Source: Candidatus Nealsonbacteria bacterium (GTDB taxonomy: Bacteria > Patescibacteriota > Minisyncoccia > Minisyncoccales > CSSED10-335). Taken from it: a DNA stretch of 45,744 nucleotides. Both the position numbers and the translations under genes were made by a program. Below are positions 18,258 through 26,265 of this stretch, piece by piece. The stretch lies in NCBI GenBank assembly GCA_003557585.1, contig PWOE01000113.1, positions 1-45,744 on the forward strand, given 5' to 3'. Below the pieces are notes generated by a model, which was not told where the DNA came from, did not search any database, and saw only the letters and a program-made list of their open reading frames with translations. Numbering within the stretch: the first letter of the stretch is position 1; every line of letters begins with the position of its first letter.

Positions 18258-18827
18258 TTATCTTTTCTTCCACTGAGGCGCTCTTCTGGCTCTTTTGAGG
18301 CCTGGTTTCTTTCTTTCTCGTCTTCTAGGGTCTCTCGTTAGATAACCGGCTCTTCTGAGTCGTTTTTTAAATTCTGGATTAAAAAGAAACAGAGCTCTAG
18401 AGATTCCATGCCTTATCGCTTCTGCTTGAGCATTTATTCCTCCACCTTTTGTCTTGACTTCAATTCTGAATTTATCGAGACACTTCATCTTTTTCAAAGC
18501 AGCTAAGCAATCTTCTCTTAACTCAAAAAGTGGAAAGTAGTCCTCTAAGCTCTTGTCGTTCACAATGAACTCTTTTTTTCCTTTAACGAAAAGCCTAACC
18601 CTAGCCACTGCCGACTTTCTTCTGCCTGTCGCTTCAAAGTATTGTCGGTCATCAATTGCAACAAATTCTGGCTCTTTAGTTTCTTCAACTTCTTTCTTCA
18701 AAGTTGGCTTAAGAGGCTTCTTCGTCGCAACCTTCTTTTTGTCGGTCTTTTTAATCACCGTGCTTTTTTTAACCGGCTTCTTTTTTTTGACAACCTCTTT
18801 TTTTGTCTTGTTTTTTGTCTTTTCCAT
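18258..18827 (-). CDS. rpsI: 30S ribosomal protein S9 (uS9) with a ~55-aa lysine-rich N-terminal extension
   Basis: The C-terminal ~130 aa are canonical S9 (GRRKSAVARV...GGGINAQAEAIRHGISRAL...LTRDPRRRERKKPGLKRARRAPQWKKR). The N-terminus is a K-rich low-complexity tract. Confidence 0.93.
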   Translation of the reverse strand: MEKTKNKTKKEVVKKKKPVKKSTVIKKTDKKKVATKKPLKPTLKKEVEETKEPEFVAIDDRQYFEATGRRKSAVARVRLFVKGKKEFIVNDKSLEDYFPLFELREDCLAALKKMKCLDKFRIEVKTKGGGINAQAEAIRHGISRALFLFNPEFKKRLRRAGYLTRDPRRRERKKPGLKRARRAPQWKKR

Positions 18828-18836
18828 AATTATCCC

Positions 18837-19211
18837 CTATTTCTCAGAATCAGATTTCTTGGAGAAATTCATTTTCAATCTTTTAATAATTTCAGGTCTA
18901 AGTTTATTTTTGGGTAACATGCCCCAAACTGCTCTTTTGAAGTTTTCGCCTGGTCGACGATTTTTCAGCTTGCTGTAAACTTCTTTCTTTAAACCTCCCA
19001 TGTAACCAGTGTGTCTATAATAGATTTTTTGTTCTTCTTTTTTTCCAGTTGTCTTTATTTTGTCTAAATTATCGATGATTACAAAATCACCCGTATCTTT
19101 GTGAGGTGAATAGTCTGGCTTACCCTTGCCCCTTAAAAGGTCAGCAACTTTAGTGGCAAGACGTCCAAGCACCATTCCTTCTGCATCTATTTTGTGAGTT
19201 TTGCGATCCAT
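18837..19211 (-). CDS. rplM: 50S ribosomal protein L13 (uL13)
   Basis: 124 aa. GMVLGRLATKVADLLRGKGKP and YYRHTGYMGGLK. Confidence 0.93.
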   Translation of the reverse strand: MDRKTHKIDAEGMVLGRLATKVADLLRGKGKPDYSPHKDTGDFVIIDNLDKIKTTGKKEEQKIYYRHTGYMGGLKKEVYSKLKNRRPGENFKRAVWGMLPKNKLRPEIIKRLKMNFSKKSDSEK

Positions 19212-19216
19212 AATTA

Positions 19217-19564
19217 TTATATAAGCTCAATGAAAACTATTTTAGCACTATCACTTTTTCTTGGTCCAATTTTTGTAATTCTTGTATAACCTCCTCTTCT
19301 TTCGGCATATCGTTTACCGAGATCATCAACCATCTTTTTGACAACTTTTTCAGGCAATATTTTAGCTAACAATCTTCTGCTATTTATCTCATCTTTCTTG
19401 GATTTCGTAATCTGCTTCTCAATAAAACTAGCTACTTCCTTCGCTTTGGCTTCAGTCGTCTTTATCTTTTCTTCCATTACCAACTGACCAGCGAGGTTTC
19501 TCAAAAGCGCCTTTCTTTGATCTTTTTCTCTTGATAATATTCTTCCTTTCTTTAGCTTGCGCAT
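19217..19564 (-). CDS. rplQ: 50S ribosomal protein L17 (bL17)
   Basis: 115 aa. LSREKDQRKALLRNLAGQL...TTEAKAKE...GGYTRI. Confidence 0.93.
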   Translation of the reverse strand: MRKLKKGRILSREKDQRKALLRNLAGQLVMEEKIKTTEAKAKEVASFIEKQITKSKKDEINSRRLLAKILPEKVVKKMVDDLGKRYAERRGGYTRITKIGPRKSDSAKIVFIELI

Positions 19565-19568
19565 CTCT

Positions 19569-20492
19569 TTAAGACTTTAATTCAAAATCAAGCTTTTTCA
19601 AAGCTTTTTTTATCTCTTTCAATCCCTTTTCTCCCATGCCATCAAGTTGCATAATTGATTCTTCATTTCTCTTTAAAAGGCCAGCAACTGTCTTTATATT
19701 GTTCTTGGTTAAGATATTGATTGTTCTGGAACCGATCTTTAAATCTTCTATCTTTGTTTTCTGAAGATCGTCTTCTTCTTTTTCATCATCTTGAATCTCT
19801 TCTATATCTTTTTCTTCTTCTTTAACTAATTGCGAAAAATGATTAACTAAAATTTTTGCTGATTGATTAAAGGCATCTTCTGGGTCTATTGTGCCATCAG
19901 TCTCGATATCAATAAATAGCCTGTCAAAATCAGTTCTCTTGCCAACTCTCATATTTTCAACTCTGAAATTAACATTTCTGATTGGAGTAAATATTGCATC
20001 AACTGAAATTTGACCAATCTCTAATTTTTCACTTTTATCTTGATCAGTTGAAAGATAGCCAAAGCCTCTTTCCACCTGTATCTCCATCTCAAGCTCACTC
20101 TTTTTGTCAGTTAAAGTTGCTATATGAGCATCTTTATTGATTACTTCTAATTGAGTCGGTATATCTATATCCGATGCTTTCACGATTTTCTCTCCCTTGA
20201 TTTTAAGTATTGCTTTTTGTGGTTCAGGAACGTGCATCTTGAATCTTAAAGCCTTGATATTGAGAATAATAGACATCACGTCTTCTAAGACTCCAGGTAT
20301 TGTCGAAAACTCGTGACTAGCATCTTTTATCTTAACTTGAGTCACTGCGGCTCCTTCAAGAGATGAATAAAGAACCCTTCTTAAACTGTTACCTAAAGTA
20401 ACTCCATAGCCTGGATAAAGCCCTTCTATTTCAAAGAGAACTCTATTCTCTTTTTTCTCAACTATTTTTGGAAGTTTTGGCAAAGGAATCAT
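19569..20492 (-). CDS. rpoA: DNA-directed RNA polymerase subunit alpha
   Basis: GYGVTLGNSLRRVLYSSLEGAAVT N-terminal domain, acidic linker, C-terminal domain (SRTINILTKNNIKTVAGL). ATG at 20492 is preferred over the TTG at 20522, which overlaps the rpsD stop. Confidence 0.93.
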   Translation of the reverse strand: MIPLPKLPKIVEKKENRVLFEIEGLYPGYGVTLGNSLRRVLYSSLEGAAVTQVKIKDASHEFSTIPGVLEDVMSIILNIKALRFKMHVPEPQKAILKIKGEKIVKASDIDIPTQLEVINKDAHIATLTDKKSELEMEIQVERGFGYLSTDQDKSEKLEIGQISVDAIFTPIRNVNFRVENMRVGKRTDFDRLFIDIETDGTIDPEDAFNQSAKILVNHFSQLVKEEEKDIEEIQDDEKEEDDLQKTKIEDLKIGSRTINILTKNNIKTVAGLLKRNEESIMQLDGMGEKGLKEIKKALKKLDFELKS

Positions 20493-20502
20493 TTTTTTAT
20501 TA

Positions 20503-21132
20503 TTATTTAGAATAAAACTCAAAGATGACTGATGTCTCTACTGGGACATTGGCATCTTCTTCTGAAGGAAGGTCTAGAACCTTGCCTTTCATCTTTTCTT
20601 TATCTAAAGAGAGCCATTGTGGCACTTTATAGTTTTTGATTAAAGTTTTGATTTCTTCAAACTTTTTCTTTTTTCTGGATTCTGCTCTAATCTCAATCTC
20701 ATCATTTTTCTTGATTTCATATGATGGAATATCTACCTTTCTCTTGTTGACCATGAAGTGACCATGATTCACTAATTGTCTTGCTTCAAATCTTGAACTA
20801 GCAAATCCAAATCTATAAACAGTATTGTCAAGCCTGCTTTCAAGCTTTTTCATTAATAAGTCTCCTGCATTTCCACTTCTGCTTCCCTTGGCGAGAGTCT
20901 CTTTAACATATTTTTTAAATTGTCTTTCACTTATATTGTACCACCTTCTTAGTTTTTGCTTTTCAGCAAGCTCCCTGCCGTAACCAGATATCTTTCTGTT
21001 TCTTTTTTTAGATCTAATTCCAGGTGGATAGTTTCTTTTAACTATTTCACATTTTTGACCATAACAACGCTCCCCTTTTAAAAAGAGCTTAACTCCTAAC
21101 CTTCTACATATTTTACATTTCTCTTTGATCAT
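20503..21132 (-). CDS. rpsD: 30S ribosomal protein S4 (uS4)
   Basis: 209 aa. CKICRRLGVKLFLKGERC zinc-type N-terminus, YGRELAEKQKLRRWYN, S4 RNA-binding domain. Confidence 0.95.
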   Translation of the reverse strand: MIKEKCKICRRLGVKLFLKGERCYGQKCEIVKRNYPPGIRSKKRNRKISGYGRELAEKQKLRRWYNISERQFKKYVKETLAKGSRSGNAGDLLMKKLESRLDNTVYRFGFASSRFEARQLVNHGHFMVNKRKVDIPSYEIKKNDEIEIRAESRKKKKFEEIKTLIKNYKVPQWLSLDKEKMKGKVLDLPSEEDANVPVETSVIFEFYSK

Positions 21133-21134
21133 AA

Positions 21135-21584
21135 TTAAACTCGTCTTGGTCTACGTGGTCGGCACCCGTTGTGAGGTATGGGTGTAATATCTTTAATTAA
21201 TATAATATCTAATCCTCTTGAAGCAAGAGATTTAATTGCTGAGTCTCTTCCTCCTCCAATTCCTTTAACAAATATCGATATCTTCTCAATGCCTTCTTTT
21301 TCTGCTTTTTGAGCCAAAACTTCTGCGACTTTGGAAGCAGCAAAAGGAGTCGCTTTCTTTGTTCCTTTGAAACCGATATTACCTGCACTCGACCAAGCTA
21401 AAACGTCACCACTAGAATCGGTTAAAGTGATACTGGTATTGTTGTATGAAGAAGAGATATAGACTCTGCCTTCGGTCAAGCCTCTCCTTTTGGCTTTATT
21501 ACTCTTTTTCATCACCTGGCTGAGCTTGTCTTTCTCTTCTAACAACTCCTCTTTTGTTTGTTGTGCTATTCTTTTTTTACCCAT
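21135..21584 (-). CDS. rpsK: 30S ribosomal protein S11 (uS11)
   Basis: 149 aa. NNTSITLTD..GDVLAWSSAG, GFKGTKKATPFAA and TPIPHNGCRPRRPRR. Confidence 0.95.
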   Translation of the reverse strand: MGKKRIAQQTKEELLEEKDKLSQVMKKSNKAKRRGLTEGRVYISSSYNNTSITLTDSSGDVLAWSSAGNIGFKGTKKATPFAASKVAEVLAQKAEKEGIEKISIFVKGIGGGRDSAIKSLASRGLDIILIKDITPIPHNGCRPRRPRRV

Positions 21585-21594
21585 AAATATCTAT

Positions 21595-21984
21595 TTATTT
21601 TGGACTTGGCGGTGGTTTCTTTCCAGAACCAACTGTTATCCTTACATTGCCACGAACTGTTCTACTATTGGTCTTTGTCCTTTGTCCCCTTGCTGGAAGT
21701 CTCTTTGAGTGTCGAGCACCCCGCCAAGAGTCAATCTCTTTCAATCTCTTGATATTCATCATCACCTCTCTTCTTAAATTTCCTTCAATTCTGTGTTTCT
21801 TTTCTATTAAATCTCTGATCGCATTAATCTCTTCTGACTTCAAGTCAGACGCCTTTCGAGAGCCATCTATCTTTAATTCTTTCAATGTTTTTTTACTTAA
21901 GAATGGACCTATACCATAAATGTAGGTTAGCGCTATCTCTATTCTTTTGTTTTCGGGAATAGTTGCTCCCGCAATTCTTAACAT
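21595..21984 (-). CDS. rpsM: 30S ribosomal protein S13 (uS13)
   Basis: 129 aa. RIAGATIPENKRIEIALTYIYGIG and RGARHSKRLPARGQRTKTN. Confidence 0.95.
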   Translation of the reverse strand: MLRIAGATIPENKRIEIALTYIYGIGPFLSKKTLKELKIDGSRKASDLKSEEINAIRDLIEKKHRIEGNLRREVMMNIKRLKEIDSWRGARHSKRLPARGQRTKTNSRTVRGNVRITVGSGKKPPPSPK

Positions 21985-21986
21985 AT

Positions 21987-22100
21987 TTATCCTTGACGTT
22001 GCTTGTGTCTCTTATTTTTACATATCACATAAACTCGGCCTTTGCGCCGAACAATCTTACAGTCTTTACAAATTTTTTTAACTGACGATTGAACTTTCAT
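21987..22100 (-). CDS. rpmJ: 50S ribosomal protein L36 (bL36), zinc-binding form
   Basis: Not in the ORF track (37 aa). Manual translation of the minus strand: [37 protein letters not shown], then TAA. Canonical position between infA and rpsM. Confidence 0.9.
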   Translation of the reverse strand: MKVQSSVKKICKDCKIVRRKGRVYVICKNKRHKQRQG

Positions 22101-22140
22101 TTAAATTAAAAATAATCATTCGCCTATATAAAAACGAACC

Positions 22141-22362
22141 TTATTTTTTTCTATAAATTATTCTGCCTCTTGTATCGTCGGGAGAACTCATCTCTACTGT
22201 CACCTTGTCACCAGGCAAAGTTCTGATGCGATACATTCTTAGTTTGCCTGCTAAATGAGCTATAATCTCCTTGCCGTCATCAAGAGTAACTCTAAAATGA
22301 GTGTTTGGCAGTGCTTCGGTTACTATTCCTGACTTTTGAATAACTTCTTTTTTTTCGGTCAT
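22141..22362 (-). CDS. infA: translation initiation factor IF-1
   Basis: S1-like fold: [63 protein letters not shown] at 22362 (MTEKKEV) is preferred over the TTG at 22383. Confidence 0.92.
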   Translation of the reverse strand: MTEKKEVIQKSGIVTEALPNTHFRVTLDDGKEIIAHLAGKLRMYRIRTLPGDKVTVEMSSPDDTRGRIIYRKK

Positions 22363-22373
22363 TGACGTAGTAG

Positions 22374-22402
22374 ATGCTAACAAAAATTTCGGTTTTAGTC
22401 AA
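22374..22402 (-). promoter_or_regulatory. sigma70-like internal promoter upstream of infA
   Basis: Minus strand: TTGACT (22397-22402, directly after the upstream stop), 17 nt, TAGCAT (22374-22379), then 11 nt to the infA ATG (22362). Confidence 0.4.
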
Positions 22403-23683
22403 CTAAATATCAGCTTCCACCTTTATTTTAATATCTATCTTGTCTGCTTTAGGCATTCTCGTTAGCCAAAATGGATAATAATTTATCTTTGCTTTAAAGA
22501 TGCCTTCATAATTGTTCAAGATAGTCTCTGCCTCATCAATCTTTCTCCTTTCAAGTAGTTTTTTTGTATTAGCTTCTCTAACTCCGTTATAGACAAGAGC
22601 TGAGGCATCAATTCTAAAAATAGCCTCCCCTTTGATTGAATCAAGTGACTTGACTTCGTAAAAGATATCGATGCTATCCAAACAAACTTCTTTAAGAGAC
22701 AAGATGCTGTCACTCTGAGTATCGTTGTCATAATCGTTCAAGATAAAGCTACTTAACATCTCTTTTAAGTCTGATTCCTTGAAAGAAAGTATCTTGAGAT
22801 CTATTTTAACTGAATAATCAAATGATTCAGAATTTTCTCCAACATTGGGATAAACTGATTCTTCAGATATCTCCCATTCCATTAAATCGTTGTCGATAAC
22901 GAAGTCTTCTGATATCTCTTTTTTAAGCTTTTCTCTGGATAAATTCAAGATATCTTGTATCGTAATCTCTCTAGCTTCGCTGACATCCTTGTCTGTTATC
23001 TTGGGCAGCTCTTTGACATAACCACCACTGATCGGTTCGTTGTTTTCGGCATAAATTGAGGTATACATCGGTGTTCCCTGAAGTCCAGGAATTGAAAATT
23101 TCTGACTTTTCTCTATGTTGTAATCCTCCCCGGCTTCTGCCGCAACAACAACTAAATCTATTTTACCTGGTCCCGATGGAGTCCTGCCTGGCACAGAAAC
23201 TCTTTCAACTGAACGGAAAAGCTTGCCTTCTGAAGATATAAATCTAGTGCTGGCTATCAGAATTTGAGGTAATGAAGAATGGTTGTTATAAACTGTTAAA
23301 GTTCCCTGTGCCTTTTCTTCTTTTATCTCTTGACCAGAAGAGATGAAGCTTCTTGATTTCTCCTCTTTCATCTCAAATATCTCACCCGGCATCTCTTGAT
23401 CATCATAATTGAGATGCAAAATTGACGATTGTACTTTTAATTCACCCAAGTAATCTACTTTTTCGGTTTCAGGCCAGATAACGATTTCTCCTTTCAAGAA
23501 TATTGTATGGCTAAATATGATAAACAATACCAAGAAGAAAGCTAAAACGGATAATATAATCTTTGATTTCATTGTTCTTTTTTTCAAAAAAATAAAATTG
23601 CTTCTCTTTTTATTTGAAGAGTTATCTTTATAATCTTTCTCTTTTTTATCGGGGGGAAATATGTCGTATATCTTTTTGGGCAT
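22403..23683 (-). CDS. hypothetical membrane-anchored protein
   Basis: 426 aa. Basic N-terminus, one TM helix (IILSVLAFFLVLFIIF), large extracytoplasmic beta-rich region. No family recognised by eye. Confidence 0.65.
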   Translation of the reverse strand: MPKKIYDIFPPDKKEKDYKDNSSNKKRSNFIFLKKRTMKSKIILSVLAFFLVLFIIFSHTIFLKGEIVIWPETEKVDYLGELKVQSSILHLNYDDQEMPGEIFEMKEEKSRSFISSGQEIKEEKAQGTLTVYNNHSSLPQILIASTRFISSEGKLFRSVERVSVPGRTPSGPGKIDLVVVAAEAGEDYNIEKSQKFSIPGLQGTPMYTSIYAENNEPISGGYVKELPKITDKDVSEAREITIQDILNLSREKLKKEISEDFVIDNDLMEWEISEESVYPNVGENSESFDYSVKIDLKILSFKESDLKEMLSSFILNDYDNDTQSDSILSLKEVCLDSIDIFYEVKSLDSIKGEAIFRIDASALVYNGVREANTKKLLERRKIDEAETILNNYEGIFKAKINYYPFWLTRMPKADKIDIKIKVEADI

Positions 23684-23689
23684 AAAGCT

Positions 23690-23717
23690 ATTATATACTA
23701 TATAAACTCTCTGGCAA
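23690..23717 (-). promoter_or_regulatory. near-consensus sigma70 promoter, predicted leaderless transcript for the 426-aa gene
   Basis: Minus strand: TTGCCA (23712-23717), 16 nt, TATAAT (23690-23695), then 6 nt to the ATG (23683). No SD. Confidence 0.5.
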
Positions 23718-23724
23718 GAGAAAT

Positions 23725-25566
23725 CTACTCTAACTTCGCTTTAATTCTTCTAACTCCAGAAGAGGAAGCCTCCTCTTTAATTATTTTGAAATTACCTAAC
23801 TCTGAAGTATTTGAGACATGTGGGCCATGACAGATCTCTTTTGAAAAAGAATCAATCGCATAGACTATTACTTTGTCTGGATATCTCTCTCCGAAAGATG
23901 CCAATGCTCCTGATTTCAGAGCTTCATTCAAATCCATCTCTCGGCGAATGATAGGCAAACCTTCTCTTATTTTTCTGTTCACAATCTCTTCCACTTTATT
24001 TATCTCTTCCTCAGTCATCTTCCTGTCAAAAGAGAAATCAAATCTCAATCTTTCTGGATTTATATTGCTCCCTTTCTGAAAAACTTGATCTCCTAACACA
24101 TCCCTTAATGCTTTTAATAAAAGATGAGTGGCAGTGTGTAACTTCTTTGTCTTTTCACTTGAATCGACTAATCCTCCTTTAAAAACTCCAGCTGAAGCAG
24201 TTCTTGAAAGCCTTTTATGTTTTTCATTCTCTTCAATAAATCCTTTTTTATCAAGATTCTGTCCTCTTTCTTGAGCTAATTCCTGAATCATCTCAATCGG
24301 AAAGCCGTAGCTCTGATGTAAAAAGGCTGCATCTTTGGCGCTTATCTCTCTTTTGTCTCTTAATTTATTAAATTCTTTAATGCCACGCTCCAATGTTTTG
24401 TTAAATATCTTTCCTTCTTTCTCTAGCTCCTCTTTAATAAATTCTTTATTCTTTTCAAGCTCAGGGTAGTTGTCTTTATATATTTCAATCACCTTGCTTG
24501 CCACGCGACTCATCCAATTGTCGGAATCAATTCCAATCTCTCTTGCATATCTAATTGCCCTCCTCACTAGCCTTCTAACAAAATATCCCTGATGTTTGTT
24601 TGAAGGAACAACTCCTTTTTCATCTCCGACGATAAAAGTTGCTGCTTTTATATGGTCAGCAATAACTTCAAAGCTTTTTATATCATCCCTGTATCTCTTG
24701 TTTGACATCTCTTCTATCTCTGAAATGATGAGTTTGAAAAGATCTGTCTCAAAAACACTTTCAAGGTTTTCCTTTGCCATGGCTATTCTCTCTAAGCCAC
24801 CTCCAAAATCAACATTCTTATTTTTTATCTCATGCCATCCATCTTCGCTTTTCTGGTACTGCATAAAAACTGAATTGCCAATTTCGATGAATCTGCCGCA
24901 ATCACAATTAAGATGACAGAACTCTCCAAAAGACGGATCGTGCTTCTTATCTGTTTCGTAAAATGTTTCTGAGTCAGGACCACCAAGCTCTCCAATGGCG
25001 TCTCCTCTTTGCCACCAATTCTTATCTTTATAAGCAAATATCTTCTCTTTTGAAAAATCAATTTTAACTCCCGGACCATCTTCGCCCTTTCCTGAAGTCT
25101 CCGGCCCCTCCAGAGCATCGATGCCATATTTCCTGTATATCTTTTTTAGAATCGATATCGACTCATTATCTTTAGAGATAGATTCGTCACCCAGGTAAAC
25201 AGTTTGGTATATTCTTTCGGGATCTATCTTGATAACTTCAAAAAGAAATTCGAACCACCAAGAAAGTTGCTCCTCTTTAAAATAGTCACCTAAAGACCAA
25301 TTGCCAAGCATTTCAAAAAAAGTGGTATGACGTTTGTTGCCTATCTCTTCAATATCGTCACTTCTGAAAGATCTTTGAAAATTAACTAATCTCTTGCCTT
25401 TGGGATGCTTCTCCCCCAAGAGAAAAGGGACCAAAGGAAACATGCCCGAATTAACAAAGAGAAGAGTCGGGTCATTTTCCGGTATCAACGACACGGAAGG
25501 AACGAGATGATGTCCCTTCTCTTTATAAAAAGAGATAAATTTTTCTCTAATTTCAGAAGAATCCAT
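23725..25566 (-). CDS. alaS: alanine--tRNA ligase, short form lacking the C-Ala domain
   Basis: 613 aa. N-terminus IREKFISFYKEKGHHLVPSVSLIPENDPTLLFVNSGM. Editing-domain metal motifs HTATHLL and CHGPHV. Ends just after GVRRIKA. Confidence 0.9.
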   Translation of the reverse strand: MDSSEIREKFISFYKEKGHHLVPSVSLIPENDPTLLFVNSGMFPLVPFLLGEKHPKGKRLVNFQRSFRSDDIEEIGNKRHTTFFEMLGNWSLGDYFKEEQLSWWFEFLFEVIKIDPERIYQTVYLGDESISKDNESISILKKIYRKYGIDALEGPETSGKGEDGPGVKIDFSKEKIFAYKDKNWWQRGDAIGELGGPDSETFYETDKKHDPSFGEFCHLNCDCGRFIEIGNSVFMQYQKSEDGWHEIKNKNVDFGGGLERIAMAKENLESVFETDLFKLIISEIEEMSNKRYRDDIKSFEVIADHIKAATFIVGDEKGVVPSNKHQGYFVRRLVRRAIRYAREIGIDSDNWMSRVASKVIEIYKDNYPELEKNKEFIKEELEKEGKIFNKTLERGIKEFNKLRDKREISAKDAAFLHQSYGFPIEMIQELAQERGQNLDKKGFIEENEKHKRLSRTASAGVFKGGLVDSSEKTKKLHTATHLLLKALRDVLGDQVFQKGSNINPERLRFDFSFDRKMTEEEINKVEEIVNRKIREGLPIIRREMDLNEALKSGALASFGERYPDKVIVYAIDSFSKEICHGPHVSNTSELGNFKIIKEEASSSGVRRIKAKLE

Positions 25567-25568
25567 AT

Positions 25569-26261
25569 CTAATTTAAAGCTTTCTCAATTATCTTTTTAA
25601 ATTCTTGATGGTCAAGAGAAGCCGAACCAACCAGCAATCCATCGAAAAGAGACTTTTCAAGATAATCCGAGCAGTTCTCTGAATTAACACTACCGCCATA
25701 TAGTATTTTCGAGAACCTGCCCTTAAAAGAATCGCTAATGAAGCTCCTCATCTCTTTCGCTAATTCCCAATCGCAACTATCACCAGAACCTATCGCCCAA
25801 ACTGGCTCATAGGCGATGATGACCTCTGTTGATTTTGGAATAATTGAAAGCTGTTCTGCCACAATTTTTTCTGCTTCTTTTTTATCTCTCTCCTCTCTTG
25901 TTTCTCCAATACATAAAATCGGTGTAATCCCCTCTTCAATAAGAGCTTTCATCTTTTTTTCGATAATTGAATTGTCTTCTTTTAGATTCCTTCTTCTCTC
26001 TGAGTGACCGATTATAACATATTTGCAACCGATATTTTTCAACATCAACGCTGATGTTTCTCCAGTGAAAGATCCTTTTCTTTCCCAGAATACATCCTGA
26101 GCACCAATCGTCGCTTTTTTAATCTCTTTTTTAACCTCGTTCAAAAAGATTACCGGTGGACAAAGAATGACCCCTCCTTGATCTGAAAAAAAAGCAATCT
26201 CTCTTGCCTTAGAGACATCTTCCGGATTCATCTTCCAATTAGCAACAATTAATTTTTCCAT
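25569..26261 (-). CDS. tpiA: triose-phosphate isomerase
   Basis: 230 aa. VANWKMN, IIGHSERR, CIGET and YEPVWAIGSG motifs. Confidence 0.93.
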   Translation of the reverse strand: MEKLIVANWKMNPEDVSKAREIAFFSDQGGVILCPPVIFLNEVKKEIKKATIGAQDVFWERKGSFTGETSALMLKNIGCKYVIIGHSERRRNLKEDNSIIEKKMKALIEEGITPILCIGETREERDKKEAEKIVAEQLSIIPKSTEVIIAYEPVWAIGSGDSCDWELAKEMRSFISDSFKGRFSKILYGGSVNSENCSDYLEKSLFDGLLVGSASLDHQEFKKIIEKALN

Positions 26262-26265
26262 TGAA

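Noticed and set aside
22516-22731. Same-strand nested ORFs in alternative frames: 22516..22731, 24825..25127 and 42845..43075.
   Set aside because: They are embedded in the 426-aa gene, alaS and fusA respectively. They have no recognisable motifs or initiation signals and are most likely chance open frames in AT-rich sequence.
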